DNA of 64,000 nucleotides, taken from an uncultured Gemmatimonadales bacterium. GTDB taxonomy: Bacteria > Gemmatimonadota > Gemmatimonadetes > Longimicrobiales > RSA9. The translations under genes were made by a program, and so were the position numbers. The notes under the pieces are model-generated. The model did no database searches. It was given only the letters and a program-made list of their open reading frames with translations, and had not been told where the DNA came from. Location: the NCBI GenBank assembly GCA_963741945.1, contig CAVUKA010000001.1, positions 704,001-768,000 of the forward strand, written 5' to 3'. Below are positions 34,785 to 44,100 of this stretch, one piece after another (position 1 is the first letter of the stretch; each line of letters begins with the position of its first letter).

Positions 34785-35456
34785 TCATGCCCGCAGCGTG
34801 AAGGGCGGGTACTCGTCGCGGACCAGGAGCATGTACGCCTCGACTCGAACGCTCCACGCGAACACGCCGAGGGCGAAGCCGTACAGCGGCTCGGGATAGC
34901 GACCGGTGAGGAGGATGGCCGCCCAGGCCACGGCCGTGGTGAACGCCCATGCGAGGCTGAGCAGCCAGAGCAGGAACATGTGCGGCAGCGCGAGGAAGAA
35001 GCGGAGGAACACGGTCAGGCGGTTTCTGGCTCCCTCCGGCCACGCCAGCTCCAGCTGGGCCGGGTACGGGCCATCGCCGAACGGCGGGTACTCGTCGCGG
35101 AGCAGTGTCATGTAGGCGATGGCCCGCACGCGCCAGCGGAGGTAGAGCGCCGTGAACGGGCGCAGGCTCGCGGGGAACGTGCCGACCAGGACGATGGCGA
35201 ACCATGCGACGACGGCCACCAGCGTCGCCACCAGCCCCAGCACGCCGCCGGAGCCGTAGCCGATGTGCGCGCCCGACTCGCTCCCCCAGTCTGCGGCCAG
35301 GATCACCCCCACGGGTCCGCCCACGAGGATCAGGTGCGGCAGGGCGAGGAAGAAGCGGAAGGCGGTGGTCAGGCGGTTCCGACCCTCGAGTGCGGCCGGG
35401 ACGTTCACGGCCACCGGGTAATCGGCGGTCCGGCCCAGCGCTTCGGCGGACTCCAT
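34785..35456 (-). CDS. DUF4389-like membrane protein
   Basis: Duplicated RNRLT..FRFFLALPH...RDEYPPF motif. Confidence 0.8.
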   Translation of the reverse strand: MESAEALGRTADYPVAVNVPAALEGRNRLTTAFRFFLALPHLILVGGPVGVILAADWGSESGAHIGYGSGGVLGLVATLVAVVAWFAIVLVGTFPASLRPFTALYLRWRVRAIAYMTLLRDEYPPFGDGPYPAQLELAWPEGARNRLTVFLRFFLALPHMFLLWLLSLAWAFTTAVAWAAILLTGRYPEPLYGFALGVFAWSVRVEAYMLLVRDEYPPFTLRA

Positions 35457-35698
35457 GATCGCGGGCTCCTTGCTCGAGTGACGGCGGTTTGCCCTCTCCG
35501 GGGACAGTGGCTCTACGTATGGCTTCCGGCGAGCCTTCACACAACAGGCGGTCACCCAGCCCTCCCGCGTCCGACCGCGCCCGGCCGCGCCCGACCCTTG
35601 TGCCGTCCCATGCCCCGCCCGCATTCTTGATCCGGGACCGCGCCCCTCGGACCTCCGGCAATGCCACAGGCATCACCCCTCCGGACTGGAGTCTGGCC

Positions 35699-36181
35699 AT
35701 GCGGCGCAGCATCCGCTTCACCCTCAACGGCCGCCCCACCGAAGTGGACGCGGACCCGGGTCGCCGCCTGCTCTGGGTCCTCCGCACGGAGCTCGGGCTG
35801 ACCGGGACCAAGTACGGCTGCGGTGAGAGCTACTGCGGCGCGTGCACGGTCCTCGTGAACGGGAGCGCAGCGCGCTCCTGCATCCTCCCCATCAGCGGCG
35901 TGGATGGCGCCGAAGTCGTGACGATCGAGGGGCTGGCCGGCCCGGACGGCGAGCTCCACCCGGTCCAGCAGGCGTTCGTGGACCACGACGCGCTCCAGTG
36001 CGGCTACTGCACGCCGGGCATGATCCTCGGCGCGGTGGCGCTCCTGCGGCAGAACGGCGATCCCACCGAAGCCCAGATCCGCTCCGGTCTCGAGCCCCAC
36101 CTGTGCCGGTGCGGCACCCACGTCCGCGTGCTTGAAGCCGTCCACACCGCCGCCCGGTCCATGAAGGGGGGCGCCCCGTGA
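35699..36181 (+). CDS. (2Fe-2S) small subunit of a molybdenum hydroxylase (CoxS/IorA-like)
   Basis: GTKYGCGESYCGACTV, QCGYCTPG, CRCG. Confidence 0.93.
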   Translation: MRRSIRFTLNGRPTEVDADPGRRLLWVLRTELGLTGTKYGCGESYCGACTVLVNGSAARSCILPISGVDGAEVVTIEGLAGPDGELHPVQQAFVDHDALQCGYCTPGMILGAVALLRQNGDPTEAQIRSGLEPHLCRCGTHVRVLEAVHTAARSMKGGAP

Positions 36182-38316
36182 GCACCATGGACCGTAGACA
36201 GTTCGTCCTGACGGTGGGCGGCGGCCTGACCGTGCTCTTCACCGTGGATGTCTCGGGGCTGCTGGCCGCCCTCCCCGAAGACCAGCGGCGCGGCTATCCC
36301 ACCGACCTCAACGCCTATCTCCGGATCCACGCGGACGGGCGGGTCTCGCTGTTCACCGGGAAGATCGAAATGGGGCAGGGCGTGAACACGTCGCTGTCGC
36401 AGATGCTGGCCGAGGAGCTGGATGTCCCGCTCTCCGCCATCGACGCCGTCCTGGGCGACACGGACCTCTGCCCGTGGGACATGGGGACGTTCGGCTCCAT
36501 GACCACCCGCTTCTTCGGCCCGCCGCTCCGCCACGCCGGGGCGGAAGCCAGGTCCGCGCTGCTGGAGCTGGCGAGCGAGCGCCTGGGCGCTCCCATCGCC
36601 CGGCTCGACACGCGCGACGCGCGGGTCTTCGACGCGCGGGATCCCGGCACGTCCGTGGCCTACGCCGAGCTGGTACAGGGGCGGCAGCTGGAGCGGCGGG
36701 CGGGCGCGGCCGCCGCGGAGGAAGCCGGCAGCGCGGGCGTCGACGCGCCCCTGGAGCCGCTGGCAGAGCATACGGTGTGCGGCGTCGCCGAACATCGTGT
36801 GGACGGCCGGGACAAGGTCACGGGCGACGCCCTGTACGCGGGCGACATCCGCCTCCCCGACATGCTCTACGCCAGCATCCTCCGCCCGCCTGCCCACGGC
36901 GCGCGGCTGGTGGACGTGGACACCGGCCGGGCCGGGCTCATGGAGGACGCCCGGGTGGTCCGCGACGGCGATCTCGTCGCCGTGCTCCACCCGGCGCCGG
37001 ACGTGGCCATGGCGCTGGCCGACCGGATCGCGGCGAAATGGGAGGAGCCGGAGGCGACGGTGGACAACGCGTCCATCTTCAACCACCTCGTCGCGTCCGC
37101 GCCCCCGCCGAGGGTGGTGGCGGAGGCCGGAAACGTCGACGAGGGTCGGCGGCTGGGGACGCGTCGCGTGGGAAACACATACTACAACCACTACGTGGCC
37201 CACGCGCCCATGGAGCCGCACACCGCGCTGGCCCGCGTGGACGGGGATGGCGTGACCGTGTGGGCCTCCACGCAGACCCCCTTCCCCTGCCGCGACCAGG
37301 TGGCGAAGGCGCTGGGGGTGTCGCCCGGGACGGTGCGGGTCATCACGCCGTTCGTGGGCGGCGGGTTCGGCGGAAAGACCTACAACCAGCAGGCCGTGGA
37401 GGCGGCCCGGCTCGCGCAGCTGGCCGGGCGCCCGGTGCAGGTCATGTGGTCCCGCGGCGAGGAGTTCTTCTACGACCGCTTCCGCCCGGCCGCCGTGGTG
37501 AAGACCGCCGCGGCCCTCGACGACGCCGGGCGCCCGGTCCTCTGGGAGCTCGACACCCTCTACGCGGGCGACGGCGGCGCGGAGCCGGCGTACCGCTTCC
37601 CGCACGCGCGAGTGACGTCCGCGGGCGGGTGGCAGCGACAGGGAGAAGGGCAGCCGCTGGCGGTGGGGCCGTGGCGCGCTCCCGGCGCCAACACCAACAC
37701 GTTCGCCGCGGAGAGTCAGATCGACGCGCTGGCCGCGCTGGCCGGCCGCGACCCGGTGAGCTTCCGCCTCGACCACCTGGCCGATCCCCGCGCCGTCCGG
37801 ACGCTGCGCGCGGCCGCCGATCGCTTCGGCGGCGACTTCGCCCCCGCGCCCTCCGGCCGCGGCGTGGGCGTGGCCGTGGGGCTGGAAGTGGGGACGTGGG
37901 TGGCCGCGATCGCGAACGTGGCCGTGGACCGGGACAGCGGGCGCGTGCGCGTGGAGCGGATCGTCGCCGCGCAGGACATGGGCGAAGTGATCAACCCGGA
38001 GGGCGCGACGATGCAGGTCGAGAGCTGCCTCACCATGGGCCTCGGCTACGCCCTCGCCGAGGAGGTCCGCTTCCGCGGCGGCGCGGTGCTCGACCGCAAC
38101 TTCGGCACCTACCACCTCCCGCGCTTCTCCTGGGTTCCCGGGATCGAGGTGATCCTCATCGACAACCCGGACCTCTCGCCCCAGGGCGGCGGCGAGCCCG
38201 CCATCCCGGTGGTGGGCGCGGTGATCGCCAGCGCCATCCACGATGCCACCGGGGCCAGGCTGACCACGCTGCCCATGACGGCGGAGCGGGTGCGGGCGGC
38301 GGTGGCGGCGGTGTAG
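36178..38316 (+). CDS. Xanthine dehydrogenase-family molybdopterin subunit (IorB-like)
   Basis: DRRQF N-terminus, EMGQG, HAPMEP, GGGFGGK, WRAPG, GGGEP. Confidence 0.92.
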   Translation: MSTMDRRQFVLTVGGGLTVLFTVDVSGLLAALPEDQRRGYPTDLNAYLRIHADGRVSLFTGKIEMGQGVNTSLSQMLAEELDVPLSAIDAVLGDTDLCPWDMGTFGSMTTRFFGPPLRHAGAEARSALLELASERLGAPIARLDTRDARVFDARDPGTSVAYAELVQGRQLERRAGAAAAEEAGSAGVDAPLEPLAEHTVCGVAEHRVDGRDKVTGDALYAGDIRLPDMLYASILRPPAHGARLVDVDTGRAGLMEDARVVRDGDLVAVLHPAPDVAMALADRIAAKWEEPEATVDNASIFNHLVASAPPPRVVAEAGNVDEGRRLGTRRVGNTYYNHYVAHAPMEPHTALARVDGDGVTVWASTQTPFPCRDQVAKALGVSPGTVRVITPFVGGGFGGKTYNQQAVEAARLAQLAGRPVQVMWSRGEEFFYDRFRPAAVVKTAAALDDAGRPVLWELDTLYAGDGGAEPAYRFPHARVTSAGGWQRQGEGQPLAVGPWRAPGANTNTFAAESQIDALAALAGRDPVSFRLDHLADPRAVRTLRAAADRFGGDFAPAPSGRGVGVAVGLEVGTWVAAIANVAVDRDSGRVRVERIVAAQDMGEVINPEGATMQVESCLTMGLGYALAEEVRFRGGAVLDRNFGTYHLPRFSWVPGIEVILIDNPDLSPQGGGEPAIPVVGAVIASAIHDATGARLTTLPMTAERVRAAVAAV

Positions 38317-38322
38317 GGGGAC

Positions 38323-39009
38323 ATGCCCATGAAGCGCGGCAGTGCGACGGCGAGCCGGCCGATCTTCCACCCGGACTACGCCGAGGAAGCGCGGTTCGGT
38401 GATGGCACGCGCGTGCGCGTGCGCCCGCTGCGCCCGGGCGACGCCGACCTGCTCCGGACGGGCTTCTCCCAGCTCTCGCCCGCGTCGCGCTACAGCCGGT
38501 TCTTCACTCCGAAATCAGCGCTGTCGGACAACGAAGTCGCGGCGCTCACCCGGATCGGCGGGGACGACCACTTCGCCGTGGGCGCGGCCCGCCTGGACGA
38601 TGATGGTCGGGAGATCGAGGGGCTGGGCGTGGCCCGGTTCATCCGCACGCCCGAGGATGCGGAAGTGGCGGAAGCGGCGGTCACGGTCATCGACGCGGCG
38701 CAGGGCCAGGGCCTAGGCACGCTGCTGCTGGAACGGCTGGCCGCGGCGGCGCTGGAGCGCGGGATCCGCCGTTTCCGCGGGGATGTCCTGGCTGGCAACC
38801 AGCCGATCCGGCGCATCGTGGAAGCGCACGGTGGCGCAGTGGAGCTGGAGGAGGGCGGTCAGCTGCGGGTGCTGGTGGAGCTCCCGCCCGATGTCGCGGA
38901 ACCGGGGGCCGGAGTCGGCCGCGGCCCCCTGCACGACCTGCTGTCTCTGGCGGCCCGGGGACTCATCGAGCTGCGGCTGAGCGAGCGGCTCCTTCACATC
39001 TGGCGGTGA
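38323..39009 (+). CDS. GNAT N-acetyltransferase (Pat-like GNAT domain)
   Basis: VRPLRPGD..LSPASRYSRFF, AQGQGLGT acetyl-CoA loop. Confidence 0.85.
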   Translation: MPMKRGSATASRPIFHPDYAEEARFGDGTRVRVRPLRPGDADLLRTGFSQLSPASRYSRFFTPKSALSDNEVAALTRIGGDDHFAVGAARLDDDGREIEGLGVARFIRTPEDAEVAEAAVTVIDAAQGQGLGTLLLERLAAAALERGIRRFRGDVLAGNQPIRRIVEAHGGAVELEEGGQLRVLVELPPDVAEPGAGVGRGPLHDLLSLAARGLIELRLSERLLHIWR

Positions 39010-39016
39010 GGCGACC

Positions 39017-40702
39017 ATGGAACCGATCTGGATCGAGCACTACGAGCCGGAAGTACCGCCCCAGCTTCAGCTGGAAGCGAAGACGGTGGTGGACTACCTG
39101 GACGCGTCCGCGGAACGCTGGGGCGCCAGGCCCGCGGTGACGCTCAAGGGGAAAACGCTCACGTGGTCGCAGCTGAAGGACCAGGTGGACCGCTTCGCCA
39201 CCGGACTGGCCGCTCTCGGCGTGAAGAAGGACAGCCGCGTCGCCCTCTGGCTCCCCAACCTGCCGCAGATGGTCATCGCCTATTTCGCCACGCTGCGCCT
39301 CGGCGCGCAGGTGGTGAACACCAACCCCCTCTACGTCGAGCGGGAAGTCGAGCACCAGTTCAACGACGCGGGCGTGAGCGTGGTGGTCACCCTCGACTAC
39401 CTGTGGTGGAACCGGCTCCGCGGGATCCGCGAGAAGACGGGAGTCCGCCACGTCATCGTCACCTCGATCCCCGACTACCTCCCCTTCCCGCTCAACCTGC
39501 TCGCGCCGCTGAAGCTGAAGAAGACCGGGCAGTACGTGAAGGTGCCGAAGGAGGAGGGTGTCCACTTCTTCAAGGACGTCGTCGCCGGCAATCCGCCGTC
39601 GCCGCCCACGGTGGACATTCCGCTGGACCACGTGGCCGTGCTCCAGTACACGGGCGGGACCACGGGCGTGTCGAAAGGCGCCATGCTCACGCACGGCAAC
39701 CTGTCGGCGAACGCGCAGCAGTGCCGCGCCTGGTTCCCGTCGCTCGAAGCCGGCGGCGAGACGCTGCTGGCGTGCCTGCCGTACTTCCACGTGTTCGGCA
39801 TGACCGTGTCCATGCTCTGGCCCGTGGTGCACGGCGCCCACATCGTGCTCGCCCCCAACCCGCGCGACATCAAGGACCTGGTGAAGAGCATCACCCGCTA
39901 CAGGGTCACCATCTTCCCGGCCGTGCCCGCGCTCTTCCTCGCCATCAACGAGTACCCGGGCATCGAGAAGCTCGACCTCTCCAGCATCAAGGGGTGCTTC
40001 TCCGGCTCCGCGCCGCTCCCCGTGGAGGTGCTCCAGCGCTTCGAGGAGCTGACGGGCGGGAAGATCACCGAGGGCTTCGGCCTCACCGAGACATCGCCCG
40101 TCACCCACGTCAACCCGCTCTACGGGCTCCGGAAGGTCGGCTCCGTGGGCATCCCGGTGGCGAACACGAACATGAAGGTCGTGGACGTGGAGACCGGCGA
40201 GACGGAGCTGCCGCTGGGCGAGGAAGGGGAGCTCTGCCTGCGCGGCCCGCAGGTCATGGTCGGCTACTGGAACCGCCCCGATGAAACCGCCGCCACGCTC
40301 CGCGACGGCTGGCTCTTCACCGGCGACCTCGCCCGCGTCGACGACGACGGCTACACGTTCATCGTCGGCCGCAAGAAGGACATGATCGACGCTTCCGGCT
40401 ACAACGTCTATCCCGACGAGGTCGACCAGGTGCTCTACGCCCACCCCGCCGTGCTCGAGGCCGCCACCATCGGAGTCCCCGACCCGCGGCGAGGCGAGAC
40501 GGTGAAGTCGTTCGTGGTCCTCAAGCCCGGGCACGACGCCACCGAGGAGGCCATCCTCGCCTACTGCCGCGAGCAGCTCGCACCCTTCAAGGTGCCACGC
40601 TCCATCGAGTTCCTGGACGAGCTCCCCAAGAGCTCCATGATGAAGATCCTGCGACGGGAGCTGCGGGAACGGGAGATCGCAAAGGAGAAGGCGCCCGCCT
40701 GA
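39017..40702 (+). CDS. Long-chain fatty acid--CoA ligase
   Basis: YTGGTTGVSKGA, EGFGLTE, TGD, GRKKDMI. Confidence 0.93.
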   Translation: MEPIWIEHYEPEVPPQLQLEAKTVVDYLDASAERWGARPAVTLKGKTLTWSQLKDQVDRFATGLAALGVKKDSRVALWLPNLPQMVIAYFATLRLGAQVVNTNPLYVEREVEHQFNDAGVSVVVTLDYLWWNRLRGIREKTGVRHVIVTSIPDYLPFPLNLLAPLKLKKTGQYVKVPKEEGVHFFKDVVAGNPPSPPTVDIPLDHVAVLQYTGGTTGVSKGAMLTHGNLSANAQQCRAWFPSLEAGGETLLACLPYFHVFGMTVSMLWPVVHGAHIVLAPNPRDIKDLVKSITRYRVTIFPAVPALFLAINEYPGIEKLDLSSIKGCFSGSAPLPVEVLQRFEELTGGKITEGFGLTETSPVTHVNPLYGLRKVGSVGIPVANTNMKVVDVETGETELPLGEEGELCLRGPQVMVGYWNRPDETAATLRDGWLFTGDLARVDDDGYTFIVGRKKDMIDASGYNVYPDEVDQVLYAHPAVLEAATIGVPDPRRGETVKSFVVLKPGHDATEEAILAYCREQLAPFKVPRSIEFLDELPKSSMMKILRRELREREIAKEKAPA

Positions 40703-40995
40703 GGCGACGGGGCTGACGTCGCCGGTGAGCCGCCCGGAGCCGATCGCCCCGGGTTCGTCGCCCCGGCGCAATGCGCCCGATTCCGCTATTGAGCACCTCG
40801 CCGCGGCGAGGCTAGCATGCGGACGGGAGGTGCGCACATGCCCGCACGCAAGGAGCAGAACGACGGCGGGCGGCGGGGTCCAGGTGGAACAAGCGGTCCG
40901 AAGGGTTCGGTTCACTCCCGATGTCAGGATCCGGTCAGGATTTCTGGCCGATTCGGCCGAAATCGAGGACTTCCGGAGCCATCCACTCCCCGGCA

Positions 40996-41039
40996 GGTCA
41001 GGGTGTGGTCAGGGTGCGGTCAGGGTGCGGTCAGGGTCG
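40996..41039 (+). repeat. Four 11-bp tandem repeats GGTCAGGGTGY; candidate operator
   Basis: GGTCAGGGTGT GGTCAGGGTGC GGTCAGGGTGC GGTCAGGGTCG; a further TCAGGAT pair 11 bp apart at 40924 and 40935. Confidence 0.9.
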
Positions 41040-41131
41040 CGGCTCAGATTCCATGTGCGGGCATGACCCCGCGCACGGAACCGACACCCTGCGGCACGCG
41101 AAGGTGCGCGCCTGCGACCCCGGAGGTCCTC

Positions 41132-44100
41132 ATGGCTGGAAAGACTTCTCTGCTCCGCCCCGCACGGGTCGGAGTGCTTCTTCTGACTACCCTGGCCCTG
41201 GCATGCCAGGACCGGGATCCGACCAGCCTGCTGGGACCCGACGGTCCGGCCATGCAGGTCGCCAGCGCACCGGTGGTGAACAGCGTCGCGGATCCCGGCG
41301 ATGGGACGTGCGATGACACCGAGTGCACGCTGCGGGAGGCGATCGCCTTCGCGTCCGCGGGCGCGGAGATCACGTTCGATCCCGCCCTGACGGACACGGG
41401 GTCGAAGATACTCGACCTGGACGTGGCTTCGGGCGCCCTGGCGATCGCCAAGAACCTCACCATCACCGGCCCGGGTTCGAACAAGGTGATCATCAGAGCG
41501 CCCGGCTCCCCGACATATGCCCAGGTGTTCAGCATAGGGGCGGGGACGGTTTGGATCTCGGGACTCGGCATCACCCACGGCTACCACGTTTATGGCGGCG
41601 GCGTCTTCGTCGGAACCGGGGCGACCCTCACGCTCGATCACTGCTCTGTCACCGGGAACACCGCCACCACTTCCGGGGGCGGGATCGAAAACCGGGGGAC
41701 GCTGACGGTCACGAACAGCGAGATTGCCGTCAATCAGGGTGGGAGCCTCGGTGCCGGTGGGATCAACAACCAGGCCGGAGCCGTCCTCACCGTCGCGAAC
41801 AGCACCATAGCAGGTAACCAGGCGTTGCTCGGTGCGGGGATCGAGAACAGAGGGACGCTCATCGTCACGAACAGCACGATCAGCGACAACACGGCGACCA
41901 CAACAGGCGCCGGGCTCTCCATCGATGCCGGCACGTTGACGATGGTGAACAGCACCGTGACCGGGAACCAGGCCGCGAGCTATGGTGGCGGGATCAAGAT
42001 CGCCTCGAGCGACGCGCGCATCATCCTCAGCACGATCACCGGGAACCGCGGGGGCAACTCCGCGGCGGTCGGGGGCGGGGGGATCTACTCCACCCAGAGC
42101 GGGTCGACGCAGACCTACGTGAAGGGCAGCATCATCTGGGGCAACACGCTCTCGGACGGCAGCACGGCGAACGACGTGGCGGCGAGCAGCTCCAGCGGCT
42201 TCTCGAGCCTGGGCTACAATCTCGTCGGAGCGGCCGGCGCCAACGTGAATTTCACGGCCAATTTCATCTCCACCGGAGACCAGACGGGGGTCGCCAGCGC
42301 CAGCCTGGGCGAGCTGACCGTGGACGGCGGATCGACGGCGACGTACGCGCTGCTCCCAGGCAGCCCGGCGCTCGACCAGATCCCCGCCGCCAGCTGCACG
42401 GACCACACGGGTGCGGCCGTCAGCACCGACCAGCGTGGGATCACGCGGCCGCAGGGCACCGCCTGCGACGTGGGGGCGTACGAGAAGGTGGTGATCATGG
42501 CCCAGGATCCCGGCGCGCCCGTGGTGAACACGCGCGCGGACCACTCCGACGGATCCTGCGACACGGGCGACTGCACGCTGCGCGAGGCGATCTCGTACGC
42601 CAGCAGCGGCGCCACCATCACGTTCGCCGTCACCGGTGACATCGATCTTGCGTCGACGCTGATCATCAACAAATCGCTGATCATCCGCGGACCCGGGGCC
42701 GAGAGCCTTTCTCTGCGGGGTCAGAATTCCTATCGAGTGTTCGAGATCTACAACTTTTCCGAGGCGATTGCCGTCGAGTTGCACGGGATGACTGTACGCG
42801 ACGGGCGTGCAACGAACGTTAGCGGTGGTGGAATGAACATCAGCTACGCCACCGCGCTCCTGGACAGCGTGGTCGTCAGAGACAACACCGTTACGGGTAC
42901 CGGCTCCCTCTTCGGGGCAGGCATCAACGTCTTCCAAGCGACCGTCACCGTGCGGAACAGCACGATCACGGGCAACTCGTTTTCCGGAGATGCCGGGATG
43001 CAGGATGGCGGTGGGATCGCCTTCGGCGTTGGGGCCTTGACGGTGGAGAACAGCGCCATCAGCGGGAACAGTGCGCATGGCGGAGGCGGAATCCGCGTCT
43101 TGAATGGCGTGGCGACGGTGCGGAATTCCACCGTGAGCGGGAACAGCGGCTCGTGGCTCGGTGGTGGAGTTTACATCTCAGACGGGACGCTGAACGTAGA
43201 ATTCAGCACGGTGGCGGGGAATTCCGGGTACACGGGGGGTGGCGTATACGCTGAAGGGGGCGCGACCGTGCTCTCGGCGGCCCTCCTGGCGGACAATACC
43301 TGCGTTACTTCGGGTTTGAATGCGAAACCAGACCTTGGGGATCCCAGTGGGCGCGTCACGGCTACCTACACGTTGATCGAGAGCGCGTCGGGTCATTCGT
43401 TCACCGACGGCGCCAACGGGAACATCGTCGGCGTTGACCCGGGGCTCGGGCCGTTGGCCGACAACGGCGGCTTCACGTGGACCCACGCCCTCGCCACGGA
43501 GAGCGCGGCGATCGACCAGATACCCTCTGGCACCATCGGCTGTGGTAGCACCGTCGACACCGACCAGCGCGGCGTGAGCCGGCCACAGGGTGATGCGTGC
43601 GACATCGGCGCGTACGAGACGGTGGGCCTCCCCACACCGGACTTCACCTTCAATCTCTCGACGCTGCCAGCGAAGACGTACGGCGACGCGGCGTTCAGCG
43701 TGGCGGACTACGCGAGCAGCACCAACAGCGGCGGTGCCATCACGTTCGCGCTGGGCGAGGGCAGCGCCGGTTGCTCGGTGACCTCCGCGGGCGAGGTGAC
43801 GATCAACGGGGCGGCCGTGGATCCGGCATCCTGTGTGATCGCAGCGTCGCTGGCGGCGGATGCGACCTACGCGGCCGCGGGGCCGCTCTCGCAGAGCTTC
43901 AACATCGCGAAAGCGTCCACCACGGTCAGCATCAACAACGTGCCATCGAGCGCCACGGTCGGCGAGACCTTCACGCCGACGTACACGTCTCCGAGTGACG
44001 GGACGAAGTCCACGACCTCGAGCACGACCGGCGTCTGCACCGTGAGCGGCGGTGTCGTTAGCTACATCGCCGCCGGCACGTGCACTCTGGTGGCGCACGT

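Noticed and set aside
40996-41039. Repeat array as a CRISPR or iteron origin
   Set aside because: No spacers, cas genes or rep gene; the 11-bp contiguous units fit an operator or VNTR.
40817-41131. N-terminal extensions in the ORF track (also 27635-28048, 50512-51477, 9608-9910, 24771-25200)
   Set aside because: Downstream starts have an RBS, a signal peptide or a conserved N-terminus; the extensions are open only because of high GC.
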